A DNA stretch of 56,649 nucleotides from an uncultured virus (IMG/VR IMGVR_UViG_3300031413_000586) (IMGVR_UViG_3300031413_000586), one strand, 5' to 3'. Shown: positions 26,355-36,928, numbered from the stretch's first letter. The notes: generated by a model from the letters alone, not told the origin. Numbers and translations: made by a program.

Positions 26355-26930
26355 ATGAAAAATAAAACTATCTGTCTAGGTCTTGATATTGATGAAACAC
26401 TCATTGAAACCGAGCGGTACTATGGACTGATTGATAGACCTAATGGTGCTGACTTTTATTTCAGTCTTCCTCCTTTCCATTATGCCTTATATAAACGTTC
26501 TTTTTTAGATCAATTTTTACAATATGTTGATGCTCATTTCACTCTATTTTTCTATACGAGAGCAACCAAGGATTATGCTCAACAGATTGTTGATTTCTTA
26601 GGTTATAGTCATGTTCCTTTGTTTCATCGGCAAGATACACTCAGAATTGAAGAAAAAGAACTGGCTTATGGTCGAGGAAATAAAACGATTTATTTCAAAA
26701 AAGATCTCAATATAATAGCTCAACGTCTTGATACTTCTATTAATAATATTGTTTTTATTGATGATGTTGTTAGTGATAAAGAAATTGTGCCTACTTCAAA
26801 TGTCATTTGTGTACCAGAATTTAATCATAAGATAGACGATTGCGATTTACTTATTATCAAAAATCATCTAATAGAAAGTGAAACAGTTTGTAATCCATTA
26901 ATGTACATTAATACTTTGCAGTTTATCTAA
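26355..26930 (+). CDS. NIF/FCP1-like HAD phosphatase
   Basis: LDIDETLI, YTRATKDYA, KKDL, VFIDD. Confidence 0.85.
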   Translation: MKNKTICLGLDIDETLIETERYYGLIDRPNGADFYFSLPPFHYALYKRSFLDQFLQYVDAHFTLFFYTRATKDYAQQIVDFLGYSHVPLFHRQDTLRIEEKELAYGRGNKTIYFKKDLNIIAQRLDTSINNIVFIDDVVSDKEIVPTSNVICVPEFNHKIDDCDLLIIKNHLIESETVCNPLMYINTLQFI

Positions 26931-26985
26931 CTTTTAATTTTTAGAAAAGATGTTAAAATAATAATAATCAACTAATTAATATTAT

Positions 26986-28884
26986 ATGTCAGATCTTAAA
27001 AAACATATTGAACGTATTCAACAAGGTGAAGCCGCCGATAACTTTGCGAAATGGTTTAACGATGGCGGTATTTGTGATGAAAACGACTATCCATTGGTAT
27101 TGTACAGTGGGACATTATCTGATTTCGATTCTTTTGATCTCTACCATACACAACCAGAATCTTTTTTTGGACAGGGTTTTTATTTGTCTACCAGCAAACA
27201 AGATGCGGCCTATAACTATGCTTCATTTACAGGGCAAGATTTTGTTAATAAAGTAGCTGAACTCAAATCTAAATTTGAACAAGACACCTTGGACATTCTT
27301 AATGATAATTATCAATATGAAATAAACCATCCCGAAGAATCCGAAATAAATGCTAAAATTGCTTTACTGCATCAACAAGAATCGGAAGGTCTTGATGTTT
27401 TTGAAGATATTTACCGAGCAGTGGAAGAATATCATGTAGAAAAGGTTATCAGTATTACTCATGGTGGAATGGTTATGCCTTTATTAGCTGTTTCAAAGAA
27501 GCTAATTGATGTACAAAGCGAGGTTTTTACACAAGAAGAGACATTTGGCGTAATAGATGAGTTGTTTGAACATTTTTGTAATGAATACGATGAAATATAT
27601 GATGAATTAAGAGATAAAATCATTTCAAAACTATCACCAAATACCCATCAATATACATTTGAATTAGATGAATTTAAAGAAATTGTTAATGATGTCATTG
27701 AATCTATTGACCCTTATGAAGATGACTTGGTAGAAGAAATAAATCAATATGTTGAGGATTTTTTCTCTACTTATAATAATGAAATTGAAGTAAATAATCA
27801 GATGGCTGGCACTTTGAATGAATTCAAAAACAATATGACGAATTTATTAATAGATCATGGTTTTGATAAAGAAGCCGAATCGTTTAGTGAGGCATTATAT
27901 AGAGAGTTTGCCGATGAAGATTCTAATTATATTTCTGTTGCTGCGATTTTGAATAATGATAGAATTATTGAAATATTATGTGATGTACATGTAGAAAGTA
28001 GCAATGTCTACAATCAAACAGTCAGCGGAGTAAGAGCCTTATCAGCATTAGCATTTAGAAAAATGGGTTATGATGGAATCGTAATGAATCCTTATGATTA
28101 TTTTGAAATGAAGCATGTTGATGAAAATACCAAGCACTATATTCTTTTTGATGCTAATAATATAAAAAGTGCAATTGGCAACAATGGTGAATTTTCATTG
28201 ATGGACAATAATATATTGCATCGTATCAGTCACACAGTTCATGCAAATAATAAAAAAGAAAAATCAATGACTTTAGAAGAAGCTGAGCATCTAATTCAGG
28301 ATATTACATTGCACTATAAAAACATGCCTAAATGCAAAGTTTACTCTGATTTAGAATCCGTTCATCCTGCATTGAAAGCTCAAAATCCTGATTTAATAAC
28401 ATGCTCTGGTATTTTCGATCTTTCTCATAATACTGTACATATATTCTTGCCCAACGTTATTGATAAAAAGGATTTCATTAAGACATTGTGTCATGAAGTT
28501 TTTGGTCATATGTCGTTGAGAGAGGTTCTGGCAGAAAAATATGAACCTATCATGAATAAGGTTTACCATTATTATAATAAGAGAGGTGAACTAGAAGATG
28601 TTAAAAAGAACTATATAGATCGTTACAGTCTTGATTTGAATAAATCAAAAGACAGGGCACTGATTGCAGAAGAAAAAATGGCATCTGTGATAGAAGAAAA
28701 TGGATTAAATTCCTTTCCTCTCAAAAAAATTGTGATAGGGGCAATTAGAAACGCAATTAGAACAGTAATCCCTGCTTTAAATATCAATGACAATGATATT
28801 ACTTATATTATGTACAGTGCTCATAAGCATATTTTACTACCACCGCCACGTTTTGACAAGAAACATCCTAAAATGAAACAATAA
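26986..28884 (+). CDS. polyvalent protein: ART-like domain with acidic insert plus zincin metallopeptidase
   Basis: FAKWF..PLVLYSGT..FGQGFYLS..GYDGIV..FDANNIKSAIGNNGEFS; HEVFGH..AEE. Confidence 0.75.
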   Translation: MSDLKKHIERIQQGEAADNFAKWFNDGGICDENDYPLVLYSGTLSDFDSFDLYHTQPESFFGQGFYLSTSKQDAAYNYASFTGQDFVNKVAELKSKFEQDTLDILNDNYQYEINHPEESEINAKIALLHQQESEGLDVFEDIYRAVEEYHVEKVISITHGGMVMPLLAVSKKLIDVQSEVFTQEETFGVIDELFEHFCNEYDEIYDELRDKIISKLSPNTHQYTFELDEFKEIVNDVIESIDPYEDDLVEEINQYVEDFFSTYNNEIEVNNQMAGTLNEFKNNMTNLLIDHGFDKEAESFSEALYREFADEDSNYISVAAILNNDRIIEILCDVHVESSNVYNQTVSGVRALSALAFRKMGYDGIVMNPYDYFEMKHVDENTKHYILFDANNIKSAIGNNGEFSLMDNNILHRISHTVHANNKKEKSMTLEEAEHLIQDITLHYKNMPKCKVYSDLESVHPALKAQNPDLITCSGIFDLSHNTVHIFLPNVIDKKDFIKTLCHEVFGHMSLREVLAEKYEPIMNKVYHYYNKRGELEDVKKNYIDRYSLDLNKSKDRALIAEEKMASVIEENGLNSFPLKKIVIGAIRNAIRTVIPALNINDNDITYIMYSAHKHILLPPPRFDKKHPKMKQ

Positions 28885-28908
28885 AGCCTATAACGGCTTT
28901 ATTATTTA

Positions 28909-29274
28909 TTAAGAATTTGAAATATTATTCCAAAGTTTTTGATAGGCTTCTCTTATGGAAAGTCCAGAAGCAACCAGATTTTTGATGAATTCTCTTTCGA
29001 GTTGAAAATCTCTATAAGCGGCTGTACTTTTCTTCCCTGTCAACACTCTGCCATGGTTATACCATAATTCTTCTTGCCCAAAAATTGTTACGCTGATATA
29101 GGTATCGTTTAAACGTACCCTAACATTTAATCCAACCAGATTATTTTTATGGCATTTTGGCTCCATTTTTCTAGCCGCTGCAATGTCGATTTCATCATCT
29201 GGCCAAATTGGTCGCCAAAAGCTTCCATTGTTTTTGATATAATAACCATGTATATCATTTTTTATAATTGACAT
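28909..29274 (-). CDS. hypothetical protein
   Basis: Start moved to MSIIKND after AAGGA. Confidence 0.65.
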   Translation of the reverse strand: MSIIKNDIHGYYIKNNGSFWRPIWPDDEIDIAAARKMEPKCHKNNLVGLNVRVRLNDTYISVTIFGQEELWYNHGRVLTGKKSTAAYRDFQLEREFIKNLVASGLSIREAYQKLWNNISNS

Positions 29275-29453
29275 ATATATTCCTTTCACTAAAAATATTT
29301 TAAAATCATAAATCATACCTAATTTTTTATCAAGTTGTATTTTTATTATTTTTTTTCTAACCATAAACTTTATAGTATTTTTCATTGACATTGAGACTCT
29401 AAAAATGATATAGTATAGAAAATAGTTATTGACCAAACCGAGGAATTCTTTTC

Positions 29454-30092
29454 ATGAAAATAGTAGATTTAATATCATATGACACCACATTGACAACTGA
29501 TCAGGGAGCTTATACGAGATTTTCTCATGAGTTATCTAGTATTGGATTGGCGATTACTCAAAATCATAATCCAGTACTTTTCATTATCACTGATCACGAG
29601 CCTATTGGTAATACTGAAAAATCATTATCTTTTTACAAAGAAGACGATGGGTCATGTGGTATTAGTTTTCATGATAAAGACTTGGATATTGATTTATTTT
29701 ATTCTAATTATGCCGCCCAAGGATTAAGCAGCGTACTTGAAGATCGGGCTGTTATTTCTGAAATATTGGATTATCCTATACTTGCTTCAAAATTTGATTT
29801 TATCAGAACAACTATTGAAGGAGCCGCAAAAATTGATTTAGTACGACTGGTTGTTGATAATATCCAAGATTTCAATCGTCAACTTTCTGACCATTTAGCG
29901 ACATTGATTCAAGATGAATCTTCATTGAAAGATCTTTCTGACATTGAAATTCAGATTTTGTTAGGCAGTAATCAACTGACATTTTTTGATATTTGCGGTA
30001 TCTATGAATGGCTTGAAAATAACAAAATAGATGATTTTGATAATTTTCCAATTAAAGTTTCAAGTATTCAGCATCAACAAATCGTTATTTAA
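29454..30092 (+). CDS. hypothetical acidic protein
   Basis: 212 aa ORF, GAGGA SD, terminator after. Confidence 0.7.
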   Translation: MKIVDLISYDTTLTTDQGAYTRFSHELSSIGLAITQNHNPVLFIITDHEPIGNTEKSLSFYKEDDGSCGISFHDKDLDIDLFYSNYAAQGLSSVLEDRAVISEILDYPILASKFDFIRTTIEGAAKIDLVRLVVDNIQDFNRQLSDHLATLIQDESSLKDLSDIEIQILLGSNQLTFFDICGIYEWLENNKIDDFDNFPIKVSSIQHQQIVI

Positions 30093-30264
30093 TTAGGAGC
30101 AATTTTAGCTCCTTTTTTATTAACTATTTTTTGACTAAATTTAAAAAATACCTCTATTTTATTGACTAAACCTTGACGGCACCTCATTTTTATGTAAAAT
30201 AATAAGAAAGGCTATGCAATTTTTAAACACTATAATATAGAAGAAATTTGGAGAGGTAATTGGT

Positions 30265-31179
30265 ATGGAAGACATTGTAAAAGTATATTCCATAAAAGAA
30301 ATGAGAAAAAAGATTTTCAGCAGTCTTGGTATTTCAAACAGACATGAGATTGGAAATTTTATTTCGATAAGCAATTTGTTTACACAATTATCAATCAGTG
30401 AATATTTGGTGGATGTGGAAAACAAAGAGTGCTATATAAGTTTTATGGACTTTATAAAACTATGTAGTTATATCAATACAACATACCAAGTGCAATATCA
30501 CGTAAAATCTTTTAATTCAATGACAAAACCTAGTGAGAAATTTACTATAATTAATGCACTAGAGCATGCACAGTACCTAGATTCAACATTTCAGTATATT
30601 ACTGAACATCAAGAACATAAAAAGCACTTCTTTGATAGTATGTTTTTGAAAGAACTCAAAATGAATCAAACAATCACTGCATTTGATTTTTCCTATAATA
30701 CTTCACATGAAATAGTGGATGTTGGCATTTCTTATTTTGATAACAATATTCAAAAAAATTATCATTTTATTGTTGAAGAAAACATGCCAGAAGAATTTTC
30801 ATCAAATACCAAGTATTTTTCATTTAATTTTGGTAAAACTGAAGTTAAAAAATTGAAAACAATTCTTGATTTTATAAAACTTTTTACCAATCAAGCAGAC
30901 GTTATCTTATTACATGATTGTTCCAATGATATGAAAGTCATTGAGTCATTGGGCATGGCTGAATTATTTGCGTCGAAAAAAATTATTGATACCTCATTGA
31001 TTTTCAATAGTACAGAAATAAATGGTAAAGTTGTTCAATCAAATGATAGAATCAGTTTGAAAAATCTACTATTAAAAAGTAAAATTTCTTACAGTCAACT
31101 TCATAATAGTGGTAACGATGCTTTCTATACACTGAAAGCATTCTTGAAGAATTTAAAGAAACATAAGTCTATTCTTTAG
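30265..31179 (+). CDS. DEDDh exonuclease-like protein, paralog of 24791..25786
   Basis: AFDFSY, VDVGI, IDT, LHNSGNDAFYT. Confidence 0.75.
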   Translation: MEDIVKVYSIKEMRKKIFSSLGISNRHEIGNFISISNLFTQLSISEYLVDVENKECYISFMDFIKLCSYINTTYQVQYHVKSFNSMTKPSEKFTIINALEHAQYLDSTFQYITEHQEHKKHFFDSMFLKELKMNQTITAFDFSYNTSHEIVDVGISYFDNNIQKNYHFIVEENMPEEFSSNTKYFSFNFGKTEVKKLKTILDFIKLFTNQADVILLHDCSNDMKVIESLGMAELFASKKIIDTSLIFNSTEINGKVVQSNDRISLKNLLLKSKISYSQLHNSGNDAFYTLKAFLKNLKKHKSIL

Positions 31180-31226
31180 GATCTTTTGCGGGAATCTCCG
31201 GTTATTCATTACAGTGAGTATGTCAC
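31177..31226 (+). repeat. 50-bp dispersed repeat copy 2 (IS200/IS605 right-end-like)
   Basis: 38/50 identity to 18861..18910; GGAATCTCC..GAGTATGTCA. Confidence 0.55.
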
Positions 31227-31273
31227 TATATCTCTAGAAAATTACTAGTGATTCTTGGTGTTGATAATTTCAT

Positions 31274-31861
31274 TTATAAGGATATCATTTCGTATACAGT
31301 TAATTCTTTTAAAAATATCTCTTTTTGTATATTATTGAAATTAATTTTATTTCTAAAAGTATCGTTTTCAGCAATGAATGTAAAGCACTCTTTGACACCA
31401 ATTTTTGATACTTTCAATAACTGATAATCATTGAATTCATAAGATATTAGTCTATTATAGAAATATGAAAAACTGCGGTGATATGGCAAAGTTATTAGAC
31501 AACCTACCTTGTTATTGTTATTGTAATTTTGATTATAGAGCAATTCTATGTCAATGAAATCCGATTTATAGTTAAATTTTAATATAATTTTTACTCTAAT
31601 ATTTCTAAATTTATTTTCAAGTTCAATAAGTTTTTCGCAATTTCTGATAATCACCAATATATTATCGTCAGTAATAAAATTTTTCATTTCTTCGACATTA
31701 TCTATTTTTAATGTATAAGAGTCTTTATCAAAAACTAAAAAGCTTCTTTCATTAACATAAGTATAACAATATTTATTATTATACTTGTTTTTTGAATAAA
31801 TTGCTTTTTTTGAAAACCCGAATTTTTTGGCAGTACTTTTAATTTCTTTTTTATTAAACAT
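31274..31861 (-). CDS. hypothetical protein, C-terminal M(-4) tag
   Basis: Ends ELTVYEMISL. Confidence 0.7.
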   Translation of the reverse strand: MFNKKEIKSTAKKFGFSKKAIYSKNKYNNKYCYTYVNERSFLVFDKDSYTLKIDNVEEMKNFITDDNILVIIRNCEKLIELENKFRNIRVKIILKFNYKSDFIDIELLYNQNYNNNNKVGCLITLPYHRSFSYFYNRLISYEFNDYQLLKVSKIGVKECFTFIAENDTFRNKINFNNIQKEIFLKELTVYEMISL

Positions 31862-31870
31862 ATTGGTTCC

Positions 31871-32380
31871 TTAACACTTGGCCATTTCGATAACTTGAAA
31901 ATAGGATTTAAGGTCTTTAAATCCATCTTTGTAAGAAATATTGTAAAAATCTTCAAATATTGAAAACAAGTAATTAAACAAAACAGAATCTCTATTAATA
32001 GATCCATCATTGTTTATTTTGAATATAAATTTCTTGTCAATATTTTTAAAAGTCATAGCAACATTTTTTCGTATTTCATCAAAAGGATTTAAATCTTCCC
32101 TCATGATTTTGACACTACTTTTTGAAAAATCCATAATCATATATACATTATCGTGGGATTTGTAAATTTTGATACCTATATGATTTAAGATATTGATCAG
32201 TGGTAGATATTTCATGTTATTTAGGTAATTTATCAGCAGATCAATGTTATTAAGTTCTAATAAAAGATTTTTTGCCATTTCTTCTGGCAGTATTTCTTTT
32301 TCGAAACTACGCTTTTTATTTCTGAATTCATAAATTATTCGGGTGTTTTCTGCTGTTTCTTGAAACATAATATTCCTCAT
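31871..32380 (-). CDS. hypothetical protein, C-terminal M(-4) tag
   Basis: Ends YFQVIEMAKC; ATGA overlap. Confidence 0.7.
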   Translation of the reverse strand: MRNIMFQETAENTRIIYEFRNKKRSFEKEILPEEMAKNLLLELNNIDLLINYLNNMKYLPLINILNHIGIKIYKSHDNVYMIMDFSKSSVKIMREDLNPFDEIRKNVAMTFKNIDKKFIFKINNDGSINRDSVLFNYLFSIFEDFYNISYKDGFKDLKSYFQVIEMAKC

Positions 32381-33018
32381 ATTTCTATCATGTTGTTGAG
32401 TGTAAAATCATTCTTTGTTAATTCATGTGGCTGCTTTTCTGTAAGGTTGCATACTTTTCTTATCAACGTATTGTTCATTATATCTTCTACTCTTATCTTA
32501 CTATCATTGATATAACCAGAACCAATATCTATATCAAAATCTTTAAAAAATTCAACAAAGTAATCATCAGAAAAGTTTAAAACCATTGTATAATCATTTT
32601 CACTCATGTTTAACTCTCTTAATATGGCTTTTTTAATGCATTTAGAGTCAATTAATTTATAAAGATATTTTGAAATCATGTAAAAGTAAAGCATCATAGG
32701 TAGCATCAAATAAATTGGAAACATTTCCAGAATAGATCTAACAGGAGCATAATAGAAACTACTGACTATAATACCTAGTGTAACAAATGGAATCGAGTAT
32801 ACACCCCATACAAAAACATTAAATTTTATCAAGGTTTGAGAATTTAACGTTCTATTCTTAAATAGCCAAACACCAAAAACCAGTGAAAAAGTAACTGAAT
32901 AGCTTGCAATATTGAAATTAAATAAAGACAGATGAATAATCGGTAAGGCTACCACAATAACAATAAAAATATCTAAAGACCGCTTGAAATCGATTGTTGA
33001 TTTAGTCAATTTATTCAT
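32377..33018 (-). CDS. membrane protein (about 4 TM), C-terminal M(-4) tag
   Basis: Hydrophobic N-half; ends DFTLNNMIEI. Confidence 0.7.
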   Translation of the reverse strand: MNKLTKSTIDFKRSLDIFIVIVVALPIIHLSLFNFNIASYSVTFSLVFGVWLFKNRTLNSQTLIKFNVFVWGVYSIPFVTLGIIVSSFYYAPVRSILEMFPIYLMLPMMLYFYMISKYLYKLIDSKCIKKAILRELNMSENDYTMVLNFSDDYFVEFFKDFDIDIGSGYINDSKIRVEDIMNNTLIRKVCNLTEKQPHELTKNDFTLNNMIEI

Positions 33019-33133
33019 TCTAGTCTCCATATAATTTGGATGATTATATCATAAAAGTAATAAAATAACAACATTTTTATGTTTGACATTCAAATGACAA
33101 ACTATATAATGACTGAATTATTTGGAGACCTGT

Positions 33134-33724
33134 ATGAAAAAAATAGCACTGTTTTTAGGATGTATTTTAACATTACCTGTATGGGCGGCATCTGATGATG
33201 CAACAGGAGCTTTTGGCTATAAATTACGCTATTTCTATGAAGAAGCTAAAGAAACAAAGGACCCCTTAAATAAGATTGTGATAAAGCCAGAAAGTGAATA
33301 TAAATTTTTAATGTTTAATGATTATACTTTATCTGTAACTCCCAAGACATATAAAATATATGCTATCAATGCGATAGGAAAGGTTTTTACATCTTGCCAA
33401 GAAGACAGTTTAATTATTGAAAATTTTTTGAAAAAGAAGTATGAGTTCTCAAGTACAGATAGAAAAATTGATGAACATGTTACTGTTCAGAAAGATGATG
33501 GAAATTTAGAAAAGGATAAAAATATTGCAACCATTTATGATTTAAGTAAAACAAGAATTTATCTAACATGTAATCGAGAAAAAGATATTATTGCTATTTC
33601 TTATGTGGACACTGAAATGGCGATTCAAGCGTCTCTTGAATCACAGGACATGTTTGATAAAAATATGGCTGATAAGATTAAAGCACTGAAAGATCGCGAA
33701 GACTTCAATGTTAAAGGACTTTAA
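33134..33724 (+). CDS. secreted hypothetical protein
   Basis: Signal peptide MKKIALFLGCILTLPVWA; promoter TTGACA-16-TATAAT at 33083-33110. Confidence 0.7.
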   Translation: MKKIALFLGCILTLPVWAASDDATGAFGYKLRYFYEEAKETKDPLNKIVIKPESEYKFLMFNDYTLSVTPKTYKIYAINAIGKVFTSCQEDSLIIENFLKKKYEFSSTDRKIDEHVTVQKDDGNLEKDKNIATIYDLSKTRIYLTCNREKDIIAISYVDTEMAIQASLESQDMFDKNMADKIKALKDREDFNVKGL

Positions 33725-34177
33725 TTATTCTATTGATAAATAGTCTTCATAATTTTTATAGCAGGTATTAACCTTGAATATTAAACTGGTTATATTATAT
33801 TTGTATGTTGACAAAAACTCTAATAAACCATTATCTGCATAAAACATATTCATTATTTCAATAGAGTCATTTTTCATCATGATATGGCCTTGCCAGAAGT
33901 GATTGAGATCGAGGTCACCCGAACGATCACGACAATATTTCACAGTTAATGCATTGCTAGCCATAGAGTATTTTCTATATTTTTTAGGAATTTGATCACT
34001 TACTTCAAATTTTAATGATTCTATTTTATAGATTTTTTTATCAATTAAGTAATAAATGATTTTTGTAAAAAAATCATCAAGTCTTTGCACAATATAGTCT
34101 TCTACATCACCCTGAGTTTCTATTTTCAAATTATATGTGTTTTTATTTTTTATTATAAATAATTTTACTAATCGCAT
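33725..34177 (-). CDS. hypothetical protein
   Basis: 150 aa ORF overlapping the upstream phosphatase gene. Confidence 0.6.
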   Translation of the reverse strand: MRLVKLFIIKNKNTYNLKIETQGDVEDYIVQRLDDFFTKIIYYLIDKKIYKIESLKFEVSDQIPKKYRKYSMASNALTVKYCRDRSGDLDLNHFWQGHIMMKNDSIEIMNMFYADNGLLEFLSTYKYNITSLIFKVNTCYKNYEDYLSIE

Positions 34178-34872
34178 AATTTCTTATCCTTATTAAAAAT
34201 TCTAGCTACAACTTCTAATGTTTTTAAATTGATCAAAGACAATGAGCCACCTTGATAAAATCCAGTATCAAGAAAGATGACATTTGCATGTCTTTCCGGC
34301 TTTTCAAAAACATGGTGACCTACAATAACTGAGTCAATATTTTTTATCTGATTAATTTTTTTGCCTGCCTGTACCGCTTTAGCAGGACCTCGATTCCATA
34401 TAAGACTTTTAATTTCTTGGTCGTTCTTGTTTTTAATTGCTTTGAGAGTATCTTTCCAGTCGTTCAGTGGAAAAGCATGTACAATACCAATTTTTCCCAC
34501 TTGTATGGCATAAGGAAGATCTCTAAAAGCCTTCATAATTCTAATTTTTTTTTCAGTAGCAATATTAAAAAACCATTTGCTTCCATCTTTATTTTTTTCA
34601 GGATAGCATTCTTCATACGATTTCAAACCATTTGCAATCAAAATATCTTCGTGATTTCCACGAACTGTAAAGAACCAAGATTGTTTTAATAATTCCAAAA
34701 CATCTTCACTATTTCTACCTCTATCAACTAGATCTCCCACACAGAAAAGACGATCAACTTCTATATTAAAGTTGACTTGTTTCATTAATTTGAAGAGAGC
34801 CTCATAATTACCATGAAGATCACCCACACAGTAGTCATTGCCCACTTTGTTTTCTTTAAATAATTGATACAT
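34168..34872 (-). CDS. Ser/Thr protein phosphatase (lambda PP / PrpA-like metallophosphoesterase)
   Basis: GDLHG, GDLVDRG, RGNHE, VHA, VGHH, LDTG. Confidence 0.9.
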   Translation of the reverse strand: MYQLFKENKVGNDYCVGDLHGNYEALFKLMKQVNFNIEVDRLFCVGDLVDRGRNSEDVLELLKQSWFFTVRGNHEDILIANGLKSYEECYPEKNKDGSKWFFNIATEKKIRIMKAFRDLPYAIQVGKIGIVHAFPLNDWKDTLKAIKNKNDQEIKSLIWNRGPAKAVQAGKKINQIKNIDSVIVGHHVFEKPERHANVIFLDTGFYQGGSLSLINLKTLEVVARIFNKDKKLCD

Positions 34873-34996
34873 TGTGTAAGTCCTCGAAGTATAGAATATT
34901 AACATACCAGTCAAATATAAGCAATCATATTTTAATTAAACATCTTTGTTATTTTTATTTTTATGATATACTTTTAATAAAAACAAGGGTTTAAAA

Positions 34997-36262
34997 ATGG
35001 TAGCTATTAATCAAGAAAGCAAACTGGCTCAATGTATTTTTGATGGTTATATTAAAGATATAAAAGAAGCTTTTCATCAAATATATAATAGAGTACCAAA
35101 TTTTAGTGATTCTGAAATTTTAGTGTCCTCCCTACATACTATCATTAATTCTTATTACTTTGAGAATTTATATCAATATTCGAAATTAGGTATTGATGAA
35201 AACAATCAGTATTTTCTATCTGTTATACCCAATAAAAATATAGAAAAAAAATCACTTGATATAGATGGGCAAGAAATATTAATAACAGATTACACAAAAA
35301 AAATCTTAGGTGAATCAAGAAGACGAATGCCACTTAATAATGAACTGCCTATTTCGGCTTTCAAACAATTTGTTGATTTTGGTATTGGTCAAGTAATGCC
35401 CGCTAATATAGATGAAATTTTTATAAGCGATTTTTCTGACATTTTACCCGTCATTGTCCAATTAAAAAAGAATAATCCTAGCTTATATAACGTTATTTTC
35501 GAAGAAAGCGATTTAAAACAAAATCTTATTCTAAAAAATAAAAAAGATCTAGAATTCGATGTTGTACCTGTAGATAAAATAGAAACATATTTCAAAGATA
35601 ATTTAAAAATACAATCGGTTGAGAACGCTTATGAGTTACTAAATACCAATTATGACCTTAGATATCTTGTAAAACAAACTCATAAAAAAGATAGCCCTAA
35701 TTTTATTATTGTAGCCCGTAATGATTTCGAAATAGCAGGAGTTTCGGTTGTTGATCAGAGTAATGACATGATTAATAGCTTAAAAACAGTAAATGGCAAA
35801 AACATGGGTGAACTATTTATGAAAGTGTCTAGTATAATGGTTTCTAAAAATTATAGAGGTCAAGGATTAGGTGTTCAACTGTTTGAAACGGCTATCAATG
35901 AAGCTAAGAAACAAGATTATATACTGATTCGCTCAGAAGCTAGCGATCTAGGTCGTAACTACCTAAAAAGTAATATTGATAATATTGCAAATAGTAAACA
36001 AGTACCGGTTATCAATTCAGAATGGTTTGAAATTTTAAAACCTTTATTGCCTAAAATATTTAACAACTCTTATGAATCAGGAAAAGACACATTGCTCAAT
36101 GTACTAGATGAAATGAGAATTTTCGAGAAGTCTATACATGAAAAAAAAATGAACGCTCGTTCAGGATCTGATTTTTTTGCTATTGAGGATGAGCAACAAG
36201 ATTTCTTTAAAAAACTATCCTCTCGTTATAATACTAAAAGAAATAATAACATAAAGTTATGA
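34997..36262 (+). CDS. GNAT-family acetyltransferase domain protein
   Basis: IMVSKNYRGQGLGVQLFE; paralog of 4258..5415. Confidence 0.78.
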   Translation: MVAINQESKLAQCIFDGYIKDIKEAFHQIYNRVPNFSDSEILVSSLHTIINSYYFENLYQYSKLGIDENNQYFLSVIPNKNIEKKSLDIDGQEILITDYTKKILGESRRRMPLNNELPISAFKQFVDFGIGQVMPANIDEIFISDFSDILPVIVQLKKNNPSLYNVIFEESDLKQNLILKNKKDLEFDVVPVDKIETYFKDNLKIQSVENAYELLNTNYDLRYLVKQTHKKDSPNFIIVARNDFEIAGVSVVDQSNDMINSLKTVNGKNMGELFMKVSSIMVSKNYRGQGLGVQLFETAINEAKKQDYILIRSEASDLGRNYLKSNIDNIANSKQVPVINSEWFEILKPLLPKIFNNSYESGKDTLLNVLDEMRIFEKSIHEKKMNARSGSDFFAIEDEQQDFFKKLSSRYNTKRNNNIKL

Positions 36263-36320
36263 TGACTGGTATTTGACCAGTTTTTTTTACATGTTACTAT
36301 TTTTTATAGGAGAAATTATA

Positions 36321-36842
36321 ATGTTTTTTGAAAAAAAAGAATTGTCACTTGAAGAAGTGATTGAGCAAGAAGTTATCGAAAGAAAAGCTAATGGTATTAA
36401 ATATAGCGAATATGATTTAGCTGCTAAAGTAGCACCATTCATGCTATTGGTAAATTTACCTCTAGGAGTCATCTTTACATTAGGCAGTCTAATTCTATCA
36501 AGCTATGACAAAAAGGAAAAGCTGGATAATGTTTTAATGCCCGACTCGTGGCTAAAAAAAGTTGCAGAATCTAGCAAGATAAGTGCAACCGGATTAAATT
36601 TTTTAGCAATAAAATTACAAAAAAATGGTTCTATTACTGTTTCTGATGCCATCAGATTTCTTGAAACAGAAGAACAGGCTCGACAACAGGAAATACAGCA
36701 TATTGCTAATCTACAGATTCAAGAGGACAAGTTCAAGAATTTGCAGTTTGAAGGGGCTTTATCTATACTTGAAAAAGCTAATATACATTTTGATGGTTTA
36801 TACACTTCTACAATCGATACTTTTAAAAAGTCTAGCAACTAA
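36321..36842 (+). CDS. hypothetical membrane protein
   Basis: AGGAG SD, hydrophobic hairpin near N-terminus. Confidence 0.65.
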   Translation: MFFEKKELSLEEVIEQEVIERKANGIKYSEYDLAAKVAPFMLLVNLPLGVIFTLGSLILSSYDKKEKLDNVLMPDSWLKKVAESSKISATGLNFLAIKLQKNGSITVSDAIRFLETEEQARQQEIQHIANLQIQEDKFKNLQFEGALSILEKANIHFDGLYTSTIDTFKKSSN

Positions 36843-36900
36843 TTATCAAGTCTTTCTGCTGATAGCCGACATCTTGTTAATAAAGGAAAAACCGATACAT

Positions 36901-36925
36901 AAAAAAAGCCCTCTCGGGCTTTTTT
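36901..36925. terminator. bidirectional rho-independent terminator
   Basis: A7-GCCC-tctc-GGGC-T6 between convergent genes. Confidence 0.85.
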
Positions 36926-36928
36926 AAC

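Noticed and set aside
36840..36902. In-frame continuation after TAA of 36321..36842
   Set aside because: Only 19 codons with no motif; could be a recent nonsense change but cannot be supported.
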